Assembly (NCBI GenBank): GCA_045593265.1
Contig: JAZNWH010000131.1
Coordinates: forward strand, 9,422-73,421
DNA from: Clostridia bacterium
Lineage (GTDB): Bacteria; Bacillota; Clostridia; RGIG6154
Direction of reading: 5' to 3'
Length of the DNA stretch: 64,000 nt
Below are positions 48,293 through 59,100 of the stretch, piece by piece (position 1 is the first letter of the stretch; every line of letters begins with the position of its first letter). A program made the translations under genes and the position numbers. The notes beneath the pieces were generated by a model. It was not told where the DNA came from. It saw nothing but the letters and a program-made list of their open reading frames with translations, and searched no databases.

Positions 48293-49822
48293 ATGAAAAA
48301 GTTTTTAGCAGTAGTACTCGCAATGCTCATGGTACTTTCAGTATTTACAGCATGCAGTAAAACAGATTCAAATGACGGGGATATTACTCTTACATGGTAT
48401 GTTCCAGGAGACAAATATCCTGACACAGCAATGGTAGTTGAAGAATTAAACAAGATCACAATGGAAAAAATCGGTTGTAAGATTGATCTTCAGTTTATCG
48501 ATGCAGGTTCTTTCCAGGAAAGAATGAATATGAATATGGCATCAAATGCAGAGTATGACCTTACATTTGTAGGCTACTTAAATCAGTTCGAGCCTGCAGC
48601 ATCAAAGGGCGGACTTATGCAGCTTGATGAATTACTTAAATTAGCTCCCGGAATTACAGAAACAATTCCTGAATATATCAGAAATTCAGGTGTTTATATG
48701 GGCAAAACCTATGCAATTCCCAATATGCAGATTACAGCTTCAGCACTTGCTGCACAAGCGCCAAAGGAATATGCTGATGCATTTAAAGCAGCAACAGGGC
48801 AGGATGTAGCTACATTCACAAATACTCTGCAGTATGAACCATATCTTGAATTTGTAAAGGCAAACTATCCTAATGTTTATCCGTTTAACACAAGCTATGG
48901 TATGGGTTCTTTCAAAAGTCAGGATGAAGGAAAGGATGCAAAAGACCCATTCTTCCGCTGGACTTTAGGAATCAGCAGTTATGAAGCTTATAAGGATTCA
49001 GAGCAGAAGAAATTTGTTGTATTGGATGCCTATAAAAACGAAGAGCTTTCCCATGCAAAAATGTTTGCAGAAAAGCTTCATGAATATTACAAAAAAGGTT
49101 GGATTCGTCAGGATGTAGATTCTGTTATGGATGAAACAGCAGAAAGAAAACAGAAAAAATTCGGTCTCTGGTTCGGTACATATAAACCGGGTATGGATGG
49201 TGAAAGCTTAGCAACCTATGGCTGGGAGACAGTTTCATCAAGAATTTCATCAGTATCAATCGGTTCAGCATCAGCTACAATGGTAGGTATCGGTGCAAAC
49301 TGCAAGCATCCTGAAGAAGCAATTAAATTCATTGAATTGATGAACACTGATAAAGAAGCTTATAATTTAGTATGCTTCGGTATCGAAGGTAAGCATTATA
49401 ATAAGGTTGGCGAAGAAAGAATTGAATTTGTTGAAGGAAGCGGTTATGCCCCAAATGCTTCATGGAAATTCGGTAACCAATTCAACGCATACCGTCTCCC
49501 CGGTCAGCCTGACGATGTTTGGGAGGAAACAATTGAATTCAATAACTTAGGTTATGAAATGAGTAAGGTAAATCCAAATCTTTCAGCACTTGGTTTCACA
49601 TTCAACAAGGAAGATATTAAATCAACAGTAACCAAGGTTACAGAAGTATTTAATAAGTATAGCAGTAAAGGTACCGGCTCAAAGGATCCCGATACATATT
49701 GGAATAAGATGATTGAGGAAGCTTATGCAGCAGGTAACCAGATTATCATTGACGAATATCAGAAACAGCTTGACGAGTTCTTTGAGGAGCATCCTGAAAA
49801 GCTTGAACAAGTAGTGTGGTAA
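48293..49822 (+). CDS. Extracellular solute-binding lipoprotein (family-1 carbohydrate ABC-transporter substrate-binding protein). No cognate permease genes lie adjacent.
   Basis: Lipoprotein signal MKKFLAVVLAMLMVLSVFTAC(+1)SK. About 500-aa SBP fold. RBS AAGAGG. Confidence 0.65.
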   Translation: MKKFLAVVLAMLMVLSVFTACSKTDSNDGDITLTWYVPGDKYPDTAMVVEELNKITMEKIGCKIDLQFIDAGSFQERMNMNMASNAEYDLTFVGYLNQFEPAASKGGLMQLDELLKLAPGITETIPEYIRNSGVYMGKTYAIPNMQITASALAAQAPKEYADAFKAATGQDVATFTNTLQYEPYLEFVKANYPNVYPFNTSYGMGSFKSQDEGKDAKDPFFRWTLGISSYEAYKDSEQKKFVVLDAYKNEELSHAKMFAEKLHEYYKKGWIRQDVDSVMDETAERKQKKFGLWFGTYKPGMDGESLATYGWETVSSRISSVSIGSASATMVGIGANCKHPEEAIKFIELMNTDKEAYNLVCFGIEGKHYNKVGEERIEFVEGSGYAPNASWKFGNQFNAYRLPGQPDDVWEETIEFNNLGYEMSKVNPNLSALGFTFNKEDIKSTVTKVTEVFNKYSSKGTGSKDPDTYWNKMIEEAYAAGNQIIIDEYQKQLDEFFEEHPEKLEQVVW

Positions 49823-49940
49823 GACAAGCTGACTTTTGGAGCTATTTTGGATATTATTACCTTTAAAGGCAACTTTAATCATTGATAGAGGATAGCTTTA
49901 ATAGTAAAATAATGATGTTTAAAGAAGGAAGCAGTAAGAA

Positions 49941-51620
49941 ATGAATTTAATACATATGACATATACAGGAAACCATTATTCTGTTGTTGCAAAAGAAAAT
50001 GCTTTTGAAATTAATGACACAAATCCATTTGAAATATTTTTTGAATTTGGCGTTTCAACGATTATTAATGGTGAAAAAGACAATATTATAGCCTTTGAGA
50101 AAAAAGATAATAGTTTTATATGGACAGCATCAGATGGAATTTTTGAAAAGACCTATACTCTTGAATGTTGTGATGATTATATGCTTTACAAAGCGAAAAT
50201 CAAAGGCAAAGGCAATTTAGGATTGGTTAAATATCTTGATAACACTATGTTTAATGCGTCAGGTTATTTTTCACCTGTTGTTGCCGGTGGCGGAGATGTA
50301 GCTACTTATAAAGATATGACACAGCCACAGACAGCTTCCGACGGATTTTTTGTTCCACCACCTCAGTGTTTTATTTTTGATATGGAAGGAAATAACAATC
50401 TTATTGCTGTTGGATTAGTTGCAAAAGAAAAGCAATATAATTACTCAGGATTTTCATATATTCCTGACGGAAATATGTGTGCTTTCGGCGCTGACTTCGG
50501 TAATTATACTGAAGTCAGCGGTGAGTATGAACTCCCTCATATTTTAATTCAGTTAGGAAAAGACAGATATTCCCTTCTCGAAAGTAATGCAAAATTCCAT
50601 GTTGAAAAAGGTTATGTCAAGCAGCAAAACCACGAAAGGGAAAATTGGTGGAACGGAAATATTCTTTGCGGTTGGGGAGACCAATGGAAGATTGGTGCTG
50701 AAGTTGCAAATTCACAGAGCTTTGCATGGGATAATGAGGCAATTAAGAAAAACGCAGATAATACACCGGAAATGAGTGTTTTTAATTACGCTATTGATGC
50801 GGCAACAGAGGAGAATTACAAAAAAATCATTGCAGGTGCAGAAAGAAAGAATGTTCCTTTCTCAACAATTATAATAGATTGCAAATGGCACAAAGAATTT
50901 GGCACAATGGAAGTTGATAAAGAAAAATGGCCAAATATGAGAGGGTTTATTGACCATCAGCACCAAAAGGGACGAAAGGTTCTTCTGTGGTACAATTTCT
51001 GGAGTGTGGAAGGACTGCCTAAGGATGAATGTATTACCCGTGGTGAAGAAGCACTTTATGTTGATCCTACGAATCCTAAATATATTGCCCGCCTTGAAAG
51101 AATAATGGAATATTTACTCAGTGATAAAAACGGATGCTGCAATGCGGATGGTTTTAAAGTTGATTTTACAGCTGTTCCATATGAGGGGAATCTCCGTATT
51201 TACGAAAAAGGAGTATTTGGTATTGAGCTTGTTAAAAGAAATATGTCTTTAATTTATAATTTAGCCAAGAAGGTAAAAAAGAGTGCTTTAATTACATCGC
51301 AGCATGTACATCCGTATTTTGATGAATGTATGGATATGATGAGAATTGGCGATTACTGGTGTTCAAGTAACAGACCGCTTTCCAATATCAATACAAGAAC
51401 AGGTATCCTGAAAGCAACACTACCAAATATGTTAATAGATATGGATGCAGCAGGTGGCGGCAAAAAGAGAGATGCACTTCTTTATTACAGAAGAGGTGCA
51501 CAAATCGGCACTTTGTCTTTATACGGAACTAGTATTTATGATAAATTATTCAGCGAGGATGACTGGAAAGAAGTTGCAGAAATTTTCAGGGAAAATCAGG
51601 AAAAATCCGGGTTATTATAA
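49941..51620 (+). CDS. Putative cytoplasmic glycoside hydrolase (TIM-barrel, GH-D-clan-like), family unassigned.
   Basis: STIIIDCKWH and KGRKVLLWYNFW resemble the DDGW and beta4-strand blocks of GH27/31/36-type barrels. Otherwise no clear motif. Confidence 0.3.
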   Translation: MNLIHMTYTGNHYSVVAKENAFEINDTNPFEIFFEFGVSTIINGEKDNIIAFEKKDNSFIWTASDGIFEKTYTLECCDDYMLYKAKIKGKGNLGLVKYLDNTMFNASGYFSPVVAGGGDVATYKDMTQPQTASDGFFVPPPQCFIFDMEGNNNLIAVGLVAKEKQYNYSGFSYIPDGNMCAFGADFGNYTEVSGEYELPHILIQLGKDRYSLLESNAKFHVEKGYVKQQNHERENWWNGNILCGWGDQWKIGAEVANSQSFAWDNEAIKKNADNTPEMSVFNYAIDAATEENYKKIIAGAERKNVPFSTIIIDCKWHKEFGTMEVDKEKWPNMRGFIDHQHQKGRKVLLWYNFWSVEGLPKDECITRGEEALYVDPTNPKYIARLERIMEYLLSDKNGCCNADGFKVDFTAVPYEGNLRIYEKGVFGIELVKRNMSLIYNLAKKVKKSALITSQHVHPYFDECMDMMRIGDYWCSSNRPLSNINTRTGILKATLPNMLIDMDAAGGGKKRDALLYYRRGAQIGTLSLYGTSIYDKLFSEDDWKEVAEIFRENQEKSGLL

Positions 51621-51648
51621 CGCTTAAGACAGAAAGGAAAGATGTGTA

Positions 51649-53361
51649 ATGAAAAAACCATTATTATCTGAGCTTTCATTGCGTGAAAAAATTAATAATA
51701 TGATTATCTTGCCGCAATGGGATTTAAGAAGAAGATATGAAAACGGAGAAGATTACCGTGTTGAAAGAACTGAAAAAGAACAGGAAGAAATTTTGAAAAA
51801 CGGTCAATTCGGTTCGCTGTTTGCTCAGTACGGAGACATTGTAAAGGGAAGAAATACCGACCTTTTAGATGCTAAAACTGACAAAAGATGTAAAAGCAGT
51901 GAATTTGCAGATATGATTGACTGGGAAGCTTCATTTTTAAAAGTACCTCCTCTCGTAGGCGGAGACAGTGAATTAAGCGGAGCAGGACAGATGCATTATG
52001 ATTTAACATCAATCATCTCACCTCTTGCTATGGGAGCAACTGATGATGAAGATTTGGTTTTTGAATTAGGAGCAGCTCTCGGTCGTGAACTTCGTTGCAC
52101 CGGAGTAAACTGGAGATGGTCTCCTGTTGTTGATATTTCAAATAGATTTTCAAGATTGTGTCAGGCTTTAAGAACCTTTACCGATATGGATGTTGAAAAG
52201 CAGTCTCGTCTTGGCATTGCGATGATTAAGGGTATGCAAAGTGAGGGTGTTGCGGCAACTGCAAAGCATTTCCCCGGTTGCGATCCTCATGAATACAGAG
52301 ATTGCCATTTTTGTAATTCGACAATCAGAGTTTCAAAGGAAGAATGGTGGGAAACACAGGGTGTGATTTTCCAGAATGTTATTGATGCAGGCGTTTATTC
52401 AATTATGACAAGTCATCAGTCTTTTCCTGCAATTGATGATTCAACAATAAACGGATTGCCGAGACCAACTACAATATCAAAGAAAATTACAACCGATTTA
52501 CTTAAAAATGAGATGCACTTTGACGGTGTTATAATTACCGATGCAATAACAATGGGTGGACTTTGTACCATTCTTCCTTATGAAGAATTAATTGTCGAAA
52601 TTGTAAATGCAGGTAACGATGTTATTTTATGTGCTTCCCCTGAAATAGCCGATATCATCGAAAATGCAATTAAGGACGGAAGAATTGAAGAATCAAGAAT
52701 TGACGATGCTTGCCTGAGAGTTTTAAATATGAAAGAAAAGCTCGGAATGTTCGAAGATGGGTATGTAAATGTTAAATATAGAGCGGAAGATGTAAGAGAT
52801 AAAACAGCTGAGTTAAGTTTAAAAGCCGCAAGAAAAGCTGTAACATTGCTTCATGACAGAAACAACCTTCTTCCCCTTGACAAAAATAAGATTAAAAAGG
52901 TTTCAATCATTGTTTCAAGCCATAGCGACAATTTCTACGATGTTGCCGTACAGAATCTGAAAAAAGAGTTTACCGACAGGGGTATGGAGGTTTATGTTCA
53001 GAGAAGACTGAAAAATGATATGGAGCTGAAAGAAATATCCGACAATAGCGATTTGATAATTTATGCTGCATATGTTGCAGGACACGAACCGAAAGGAGCA
53101 CCTGCTTTATTTGGTGAAGAATGTAATACATTCTGGCATGCGTTTAAGCACGGTAATGAAAAGTCTATTGCTATTTCCTGCGGATCACCTTATCTTGCTT
53201 ACGATATTATGGAAAACGCAAATGCATTTGTAAATCTTTACGGAGATTCGCCTTACTTATTAAAAGCTTTCGTTGAGGGAATTTTCGGCGAAATTCCTTT
53301 TGTTGGCAAATCGCCTGTAGAATTGGAACCACCGAAGTTTATTTTTAATTCGAGAAAATAA
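51649..53361 (+). CDS. GH3 beta-N-acetylhexosaminidase/beta-glucosidase, cytoplasmic.
   Basis: KHFPGCDPHEYRDCH (KHFPGHG-type motif) and GVIITDAITMGG nucleophile region. No signal peptide. Confidence 0.7.
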   Translation: MKKPLLSELSLREKINNMIILPQWDLRRRYENGEDYRVERTEKEQEEILKNGQFGSLFAQYGDIVKGRNTDLLDAKTDKRCKSSEFADMIDWEASFLKVPPLVGGDSELSGAGQMHYDLTSIISPLAMGATDDEDLVFELGAALGRELRCTGVNWRWSPVVDISNRFSRLCQALRTFTDMDVEKQSRLGIAMIKGMQSEGVAATAKHFPGCDPHEYRDCHFCNSTIRVSKEEWWETQGVIFQNVIDAGVYSIMTSHQSFPAIDDSTINGLPRPTTISKKITTDLLKNEMHFDGVIITDAITMGGLCTILPYEELIVEIVNAGNDVILCASPEIADIIENAIKDGRIEESRIDDACLRVLNMKEKLGMFEDGYVNVKYRAEDVRDKTAELSLKAARKAVTLLHDRNNLLPLDKNKIKKVSIIVSSHSDNFYDVAVQNLKKEFTDRGMEVYVQRRLKNDMELKEISDNSDLIIYAAYVAGHEPKGAPALFGEECNTFWHAFKHGNEKSIAISCGSPYLAYDIMENANAFVNLYGDSPYLLKAFVEGIFGEIPFVGKSPVELEPPKFIFNSRK

Positions 53362-53381
53362 AAAAACAAAGGAGAGATTGT

Positions 53382-56105
53382 ATGAAAGAACGATTAAGAA
53401 GACAACTATTGGCACTTTTCCTGACGGTTGCTATGTTGATTTCTTCTTCTGTTGCTGTATGTGCAGAAGAAATTTCTACAGAGTTACCCCTTGAAGAAAC
53501 GACAGAAGAGGTTGTTGCTGAAGAAGAGATTCAGATTCAAAGAATAGTTGGCTCAACTGAATTTGAAAATGAAAAAGACAAGCTTATTCTTTATGTTGCG
53601 ACCGACGGTGATGATAACAACGAAGGCACGATTGACAGACCTTTAAAATCGCTTGAAGGTGCACAGATGAAAATCCGTGATATTAAGAAAACAAGCGGAA
53701 TCCCCGAAGGAGGGGCGATAGTTTACTTCCGCGGTGGTACGTATAAGTTTGAAAAGGGTGTTAAATTTACAAATGAGGACTCAGGTACTGAAAATGCAAG
53801 AATTACATACAGAAATTACCCCGATGAAAAGGTTGATTTTGTAGGTGCAGAAACTCTTTCCTGGGACGACTTCGAAAAGGTTACCGATGAAGAAGTTTTG
53901 TCGAAGATTATCGATAAAAGTGCAAGAGAGCACATTTATGCGGCAGACCTTAAGGCTCTTGGGTTTAAGGAGCTTAATCCGCCCAGATGGCCCGGATCTT
54001 ATTCATACTGGAGTTCATTAATGCGTCACCTTACAGCAAAATACGGAATTACAAAACCCGCATCAAAGTCTTCCGAGCTGTTTATAAACGATAAAACAAT
54101 GACTATCGCAAGATACCCGAATGAAGGATATATGACTATTAAAACCGTTATTGAGGGCGGAGTTGAATCAACGGTATATGACAATACACCGGCTGAGGAT
54201 GCGGCAAAGCTTGATGCCCCTCCTATAGAAGTTGAAGTAGCCGATAAAAGAATTTTAGAGTGGGAAGGCGTTGAAGGTGCCATTATGTACGGAACCTTCT
54301 CTCTTTCCTGGGCAACTCACGCTACCGAGCTGGGCTCCGTCAACAAGAAAACAAATTCGATTGTGGCAAAATATCCAATGTTTTATCCGGCAAAGGAAGG
54401 ACAAACCTTCTATGTTTATAACTTGATTGAAGAGCTTGATACACCGGGCGAGTATTACATAGATATTGACGAAGGCATGCTTTATCTCTATGAGCTTGAT
54501 GAAGAGATTGAGAATATTTCATATACCACTCTTGAAGATATAATGATTACCATTGACAATGCAAGCTATCTTACATTTAAAAATTTAAACATGAAATATA
54601 TTAAGAACCGTGCATTCGATTTTCTTACTGACAGCCACGATTGTGAGCTTATAGGTGCAGAGGTTGCTTTTACCGATACAGGTCTGACACGAGCAACATA
54701 TGTATGGGGTAAAAACAATAAGGTTCTGGATTGCTGGTATCACGATAATGACGGCGGAGTTGAGCTTGCCGGCGGAGACAGACCAACTTTAACACGCAGT
54801 AACAATCTTCTCGAAAATTCTAAATTTGAGAGAAACGACAGACTTACAACATCATATTCACCTGCTATTCACTTAACACGCTGCGGTAATATCGTAAGAA
54901 ACTGTGATGTTTCAAATGCTCAGCACAGCTTGATTCTTGTTGCGGGTAATTATCAGGAGATTTCTTATTGTAACATATATGACGCTTGCAAAAATGCCGA
55001 CGATATGGGTGCAATATATGCAGGTCGTAATCTTACAGAACGTGGTAACAAAATATTTTTTAACTATATTCATGATATAGGAGGCGGACTCGGGATGGGC
55101 GGACAAGGTTGTCATGGTTTGTTTTGGGATGACTGGGGCTCAGCTGCCGATATTGCAGGAAATATCTTTGAAAACATACCAAAAGGTGCGGCCGTAATGC
55201 TTGCGGGAAGCTATAATGTAATGGATAATAATATTGCTATCAACTGTATGGAATCCTTCAGGCTGACACGTTCATTTAATTACGGCAATCCTGATAACTT
55301 TACCGTATACCACGAAACTACTGCACAAGTGCCCGTTAAAAGTGAGCTTTGGATGAATGCCTTCCCGGGAATTGAGAATGTAATAAATGAAAAAGGCGAA
55401 CCGGACATGAATAATTACATTGTTGCAACGGATAATGTGCTCATTAACACTCCGCTTCCCACAACCTCGGAACAGGTTAAGAAAACAGCAACGCTTGAAA
55501 ACAATGTAACCTTCAGCAAAGATCCCGGTTTTTACGACATGGAAAACAGAAATTATCTTCTTAATGAAGATTCAGAAGTTTTTGAAAAAATTCCTGATTT
55601 TGAACAGATTCCGTTCACAAGAATCGGTATGTATTCGGACAGAGCTATGTCAAGAATTAAGGACGCATATGTATTCTGTGTAAACAGTCCTTATGTGTAC
55701 AAAAACGCTAAGCGTGTAAAGAACAGCAAAAATGAAGCAATTATTGAAAATGATACTTTGTATGTTCCCTTAAGAAGCGGTGCGGAAGCAATTGGTGCTA
55801 ATGTTGATTTTAACGAAGAAACAAATGCAGTAATTGTTTCAGTTTCAGGAAAGGCAATGGAATTTGTATCAAACGGTTCACTTGACAGCGTTAAGGTTAA
55901 TGGTGAAGAATACAAGCTTTCAAAGTCTGTTATCAATAAAGAATATACAAATTACATATCCCTCGAAGACCTTGTAAATATTTTCGAAAAGCATTTGGTA
56001 CTTAACAATAATATCGCGGTAGTAAGTGATATTGAAAAGCTCTTTACAATGGGCGCAGATGACGGATTACTTCGTTATATAGAAGAACAGTTAACAATTT
56101 ATTAA
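53382..56105 (+). CDS. Secreted right-handed beta-helix protein of 907 aa with a C-terminal Cu-amine-oxidase-N-like domain. Paralog of the 11972 protein without the SGNH domain.
   Basis: Signal peptide. The beta-helix region aligns with 11972 (LYVATDGDDNNEGTIDRPLKSL, YCNIYDACKNADDMGAIYAGR). The C-terminal 150 aa are near-collinear with the 11972 C-terminus. The RBS context AAAGGAGAGATTG is shared with 11972. Confidence 0.7.
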   Translation: MKERLRRQLLALFLTVAMLISSSVAVCAEEISTELPLEETTEEVVAEEEIQIQRIVGSTEFENEKDKLILYVATDGDDNNEGTIDRPLKSLEGAQMKIRDIKKTSGIPEGGAIVYFRGGTYKFEKGVKFTNEDSGTENARITYRNYPDEKVDFVGAETLSWDDFEKVTDEEVLSKIIDKSAREHIYAADLKALGFKELNPPRWPGSYSYWSSLMRHLTAKYGITKPASKSSELFINDKTMTIARYPNEGYMTIKTVIEGGVESTVYDNTPAEDAAKLDAPPIEVEVADKRILEWEGVEGAIMYGTFSLSWATHATELGSVNKKTNSIVAKYPMFYPAKEGQTFYVYNLIEELDTPGEYYIDIDEGMLYLYELDEEIENISYTTLEDIMITIDNASYLTFKNLNMKYIKNRAFDFLTDSHDCELIGAEVAFTDTGLTRATYVWGKNNKVLDCWYHDNDGGVELAGGDRPTLTRSNNLLENSKFERNDRLTTSYSPAIHLTRCGNIVRNCDVSNAQHSLILVAGNYQEISYCNIYDACKNADDMGAIYAGRNLTERGNKIFFNYIHDIGGGLGMGGQGCHGLFWDDWGSAADIAGNIFENIPKGAAVMLAGSYNVMDNNIAINCMESFRLTRSFNYGNPDNFTVYHETTAQVPVKSELWMNAFPGIENVINEKGEPDMNNYIVATDNVLINTPLPTTSEQVKKTATLENNVTFSKDPGFYDMENRNYLLNEDSEVFEKIPDFEQIPFTRIGMYSDRAMSRIKDAYVFCVNSPYVYKNAKRVKNSKNEAIIENDTLYVPLRSGAEAIGANVDFNEETNAVIVSVSGKAMEFVSNGSLDSVKVNGEEYKLSKSVINKEYTNYISLEDLVNIFEKHLVLNNNIAVVSDIEKLFTMGADDGLLRYIEEQLTIY

Positions 56106-56173
56106 TGTATTTAAATGAATCGTAAAGATTCATCTGAATAAAAAATTTATTAATGAAAGGGATGTTTTGAATC

Positions 56174-59100
56174 ATGAAAAGTAAAAAAATCTTATCCTTG
56201 GTGTTGGTATTGTGTATGGTACTGCCAATGCTTCCGGTTTTTGCAACAGAAGCTACACAGACCGAATTAGCAGGTAATATCAGAGTAATTTACGAAAATG
56301 ATTTCGAAAGCAACATTGACGGATGGACAATAGGCGAAACCAAAGCCGCAGAGGGGACTTATAATTTAAGTCACGAAACCTACGAGGATAAAGGCGTTCT
56401 CGCACTTTCTTCCACAGCAGGAATTACAAACTATTTTTGTGGGCAGCCAACTGCATTTCTCGATTTTGATGACATTGATTTCACAAGTGGAAACAAAATC
56501 GTCATTGAAATGAGCCTTAAGCAGAGTGGTAGCAATGAATTTGGTCAGGCATGGTCTTACCTTAAGTATAACAGACCAAATAAAAGTGACCTTACATATG
56601 CTAAAGCTGACGGAAGCGAATTTCATACAAAGAACATATCGGAAGATGCCGACAACTGGTGGACAATGCTTATGTTCCAATCAAATGTTAAAGAAACAAC
56701 CGACGATGCAGGCGTTACTACAACATCAGGCGCAAACAAAGTTTCTTATATGTACAATAATGAGGGCGACACATCGTTGGCTACAATGTCTGATGCTGAT
56801 ACAAAAGCAGACTGGACAGATATAAAAATTGTTATTGATGAAGGAACAAAATACTTTAGTGTTAACGGTAAAACAGGAGATCAGGAATATTCAATAACCG
56901 ATGGCTGGATTAATGCAAATGCTTACGAAATTAACAACACAAATATTGCATACGGTACTCAATTAACAGATTATGACTCACTTGACAACTTGACACTTTA
57001 TTTAAGAAACTACGCACAGACTCTTTATGTTGATTCATTCAAGGTTTACGAAATAAGCCCTGTTTATGCAAGTGCAGTAATTAGTGGCGGTTCAACAGTT
57101 AAGTATGATGAAGCAGTAGAGCTTGAATTTGTAAATGTATATGCAGATGCAGATAAGACAACTGCTTCAACAATCGCTGCAGTTCCTGAAGGTGCAGTTA
57201 AAATCAACGATGTCAACGCAGTACAGAATTACGATGCAGTAAATCAGATTCTTTCAGTTATGCCCGAAAACGGTTTTGTTGAGGGAGAAACCTATACAGT
57301 TACATTAGATACAGATGTACTTGAAGAAGGCAGTATAATCTACTCGGGCACAGAAAGCTTTACGGTTCGTGCAAGAGGAGAGCGTTCTAACGGACTTGTT
57401 GTAAACGATACCTTTGAAAATGAAGCGGATAAGGATAACTGGGTTATCGGCGGTGCAAATGACGGCTACAAGGCTGTAACAGATATTGTTACCGTTGATG
57501 GCGACAACAAAGCACTTTCCGTTAAGATGGAAACCAATACAAACGCAGCAAACGGTGCAAACAAAGTTCCGAATGTTATAAGAAGCATCGGAAACGGTAT
57601 TGAATTTGCTGAGGACAAAACGGTAGTTATCAAAACAAGAATGAAGGTTAAATCTTCTAAAATTGATGAAAGCGGAGCCGAGGCTTCAACTGCCTTCCAT
57701 TTAAGAATGAATTCAATCGGCTACGAAACAAACGGATTTAATACAGACCAGCATGCTATAGGTTGGCTTACATATACATTGTTCCACTTAGGACAGGAAG
57801 GTATTAAGCATCCTGTAGGAGTTGGACGCTTGCTTTCTTCCACAAGCGGATGGTATTATGATGGCGGAACTATAAGCGGCACAGAAAATTCAGCAATCCT
57901 TGACAAGTGGGTTGACTATACAATAACAGTTGACGGAATAAACAATAAAACAGTTATAAATGCAGTATGCAGTGATATTTCATTAAATAAGACAACAACT
58001 ACATCAACAATCGCTGTAACCCCCCGTGCACTTGCAAATGAATACGGAGAAGGTACGGATAAAACACACTTTGACGCACTCGACACATTAAGCTTTGCAT
58101 TGTTTGATAATGCAAATACAGACAGCGAATTGTTAATTGACTATTTCAAGGTAGTTGAATTGGTTGGCGGCAGAATTATTAATCAGAGCGGTGCTTCTGC
58201 TATGTACAATGAGCCTCTTAAATTCACACTTGAATCAGACAAGCCGATTTCAGCAGTTTCAGAGGGAGCGGTAAAAATCGAAGGTGTTGCAGCTTCTTTC
58301 AGCTATGATGCAGAAACTCAGGAAATTACATTAACTCCCGAAACAGATTTAACAATCGGTAATTTGTATAATGTAACAATTGACAAGGATGTACTTGAAA
58401 ACAACGGCGTTGGTTACAAAGGTGTTACTTCATTTGCGGTTCGTGCAAGAGATGAACGTAAAACAGGTAAGATTATTTCCGATGACTTTAATGACGGAAC
58501 GACACAGGGCTGGACAGTTGGTGCTGCAAATGATGCATACAAGGCAGGCTTACAGGTTGTTGATGTTGAAGGTGAAGAAGGAAATAAAGCGCTCAAGATT
58601 TCAATGTCGGCAACTGCAAGCGGCAGCGGTAATCAGCCGAATGTTACAAGAGTTCTCGGCAACGGTATTGAATTTAAAGACAATGAATGGGTAACAATTA
58701 CGGCAAGAGTTAAAAAGTCAAGTGAAGGCTTTTCTTATAAGTTAAAAGCCAACAGACCGGATACTGTTGAACAGGTTCCGTATGAATACCAATGGGCAGC
58801 ATACGGTATCATGGGTAACAATACATCAGGAAAAACAGTAACTCTTACGGGTACACAGGATTTAGGTGATTACGTAGGCGGATATTCATACATGCCCGAA
58901 GACCCCGGTGCAACAACAGTTGGAACAGACTGGATTACATATACAATTGTGTTTACACCTGAAGAAGGCTTATTCTGGGTTACAGGCGTTAAAGATGACG
59001 GAACATATGTAACAACTCAGAGAGGCAGAGAAGGTGCTATGTACCTTGCAGGTACTGCTGTTGAAAAAATATACGGTGTTGCTCCTGCTGCAAAAATGAA

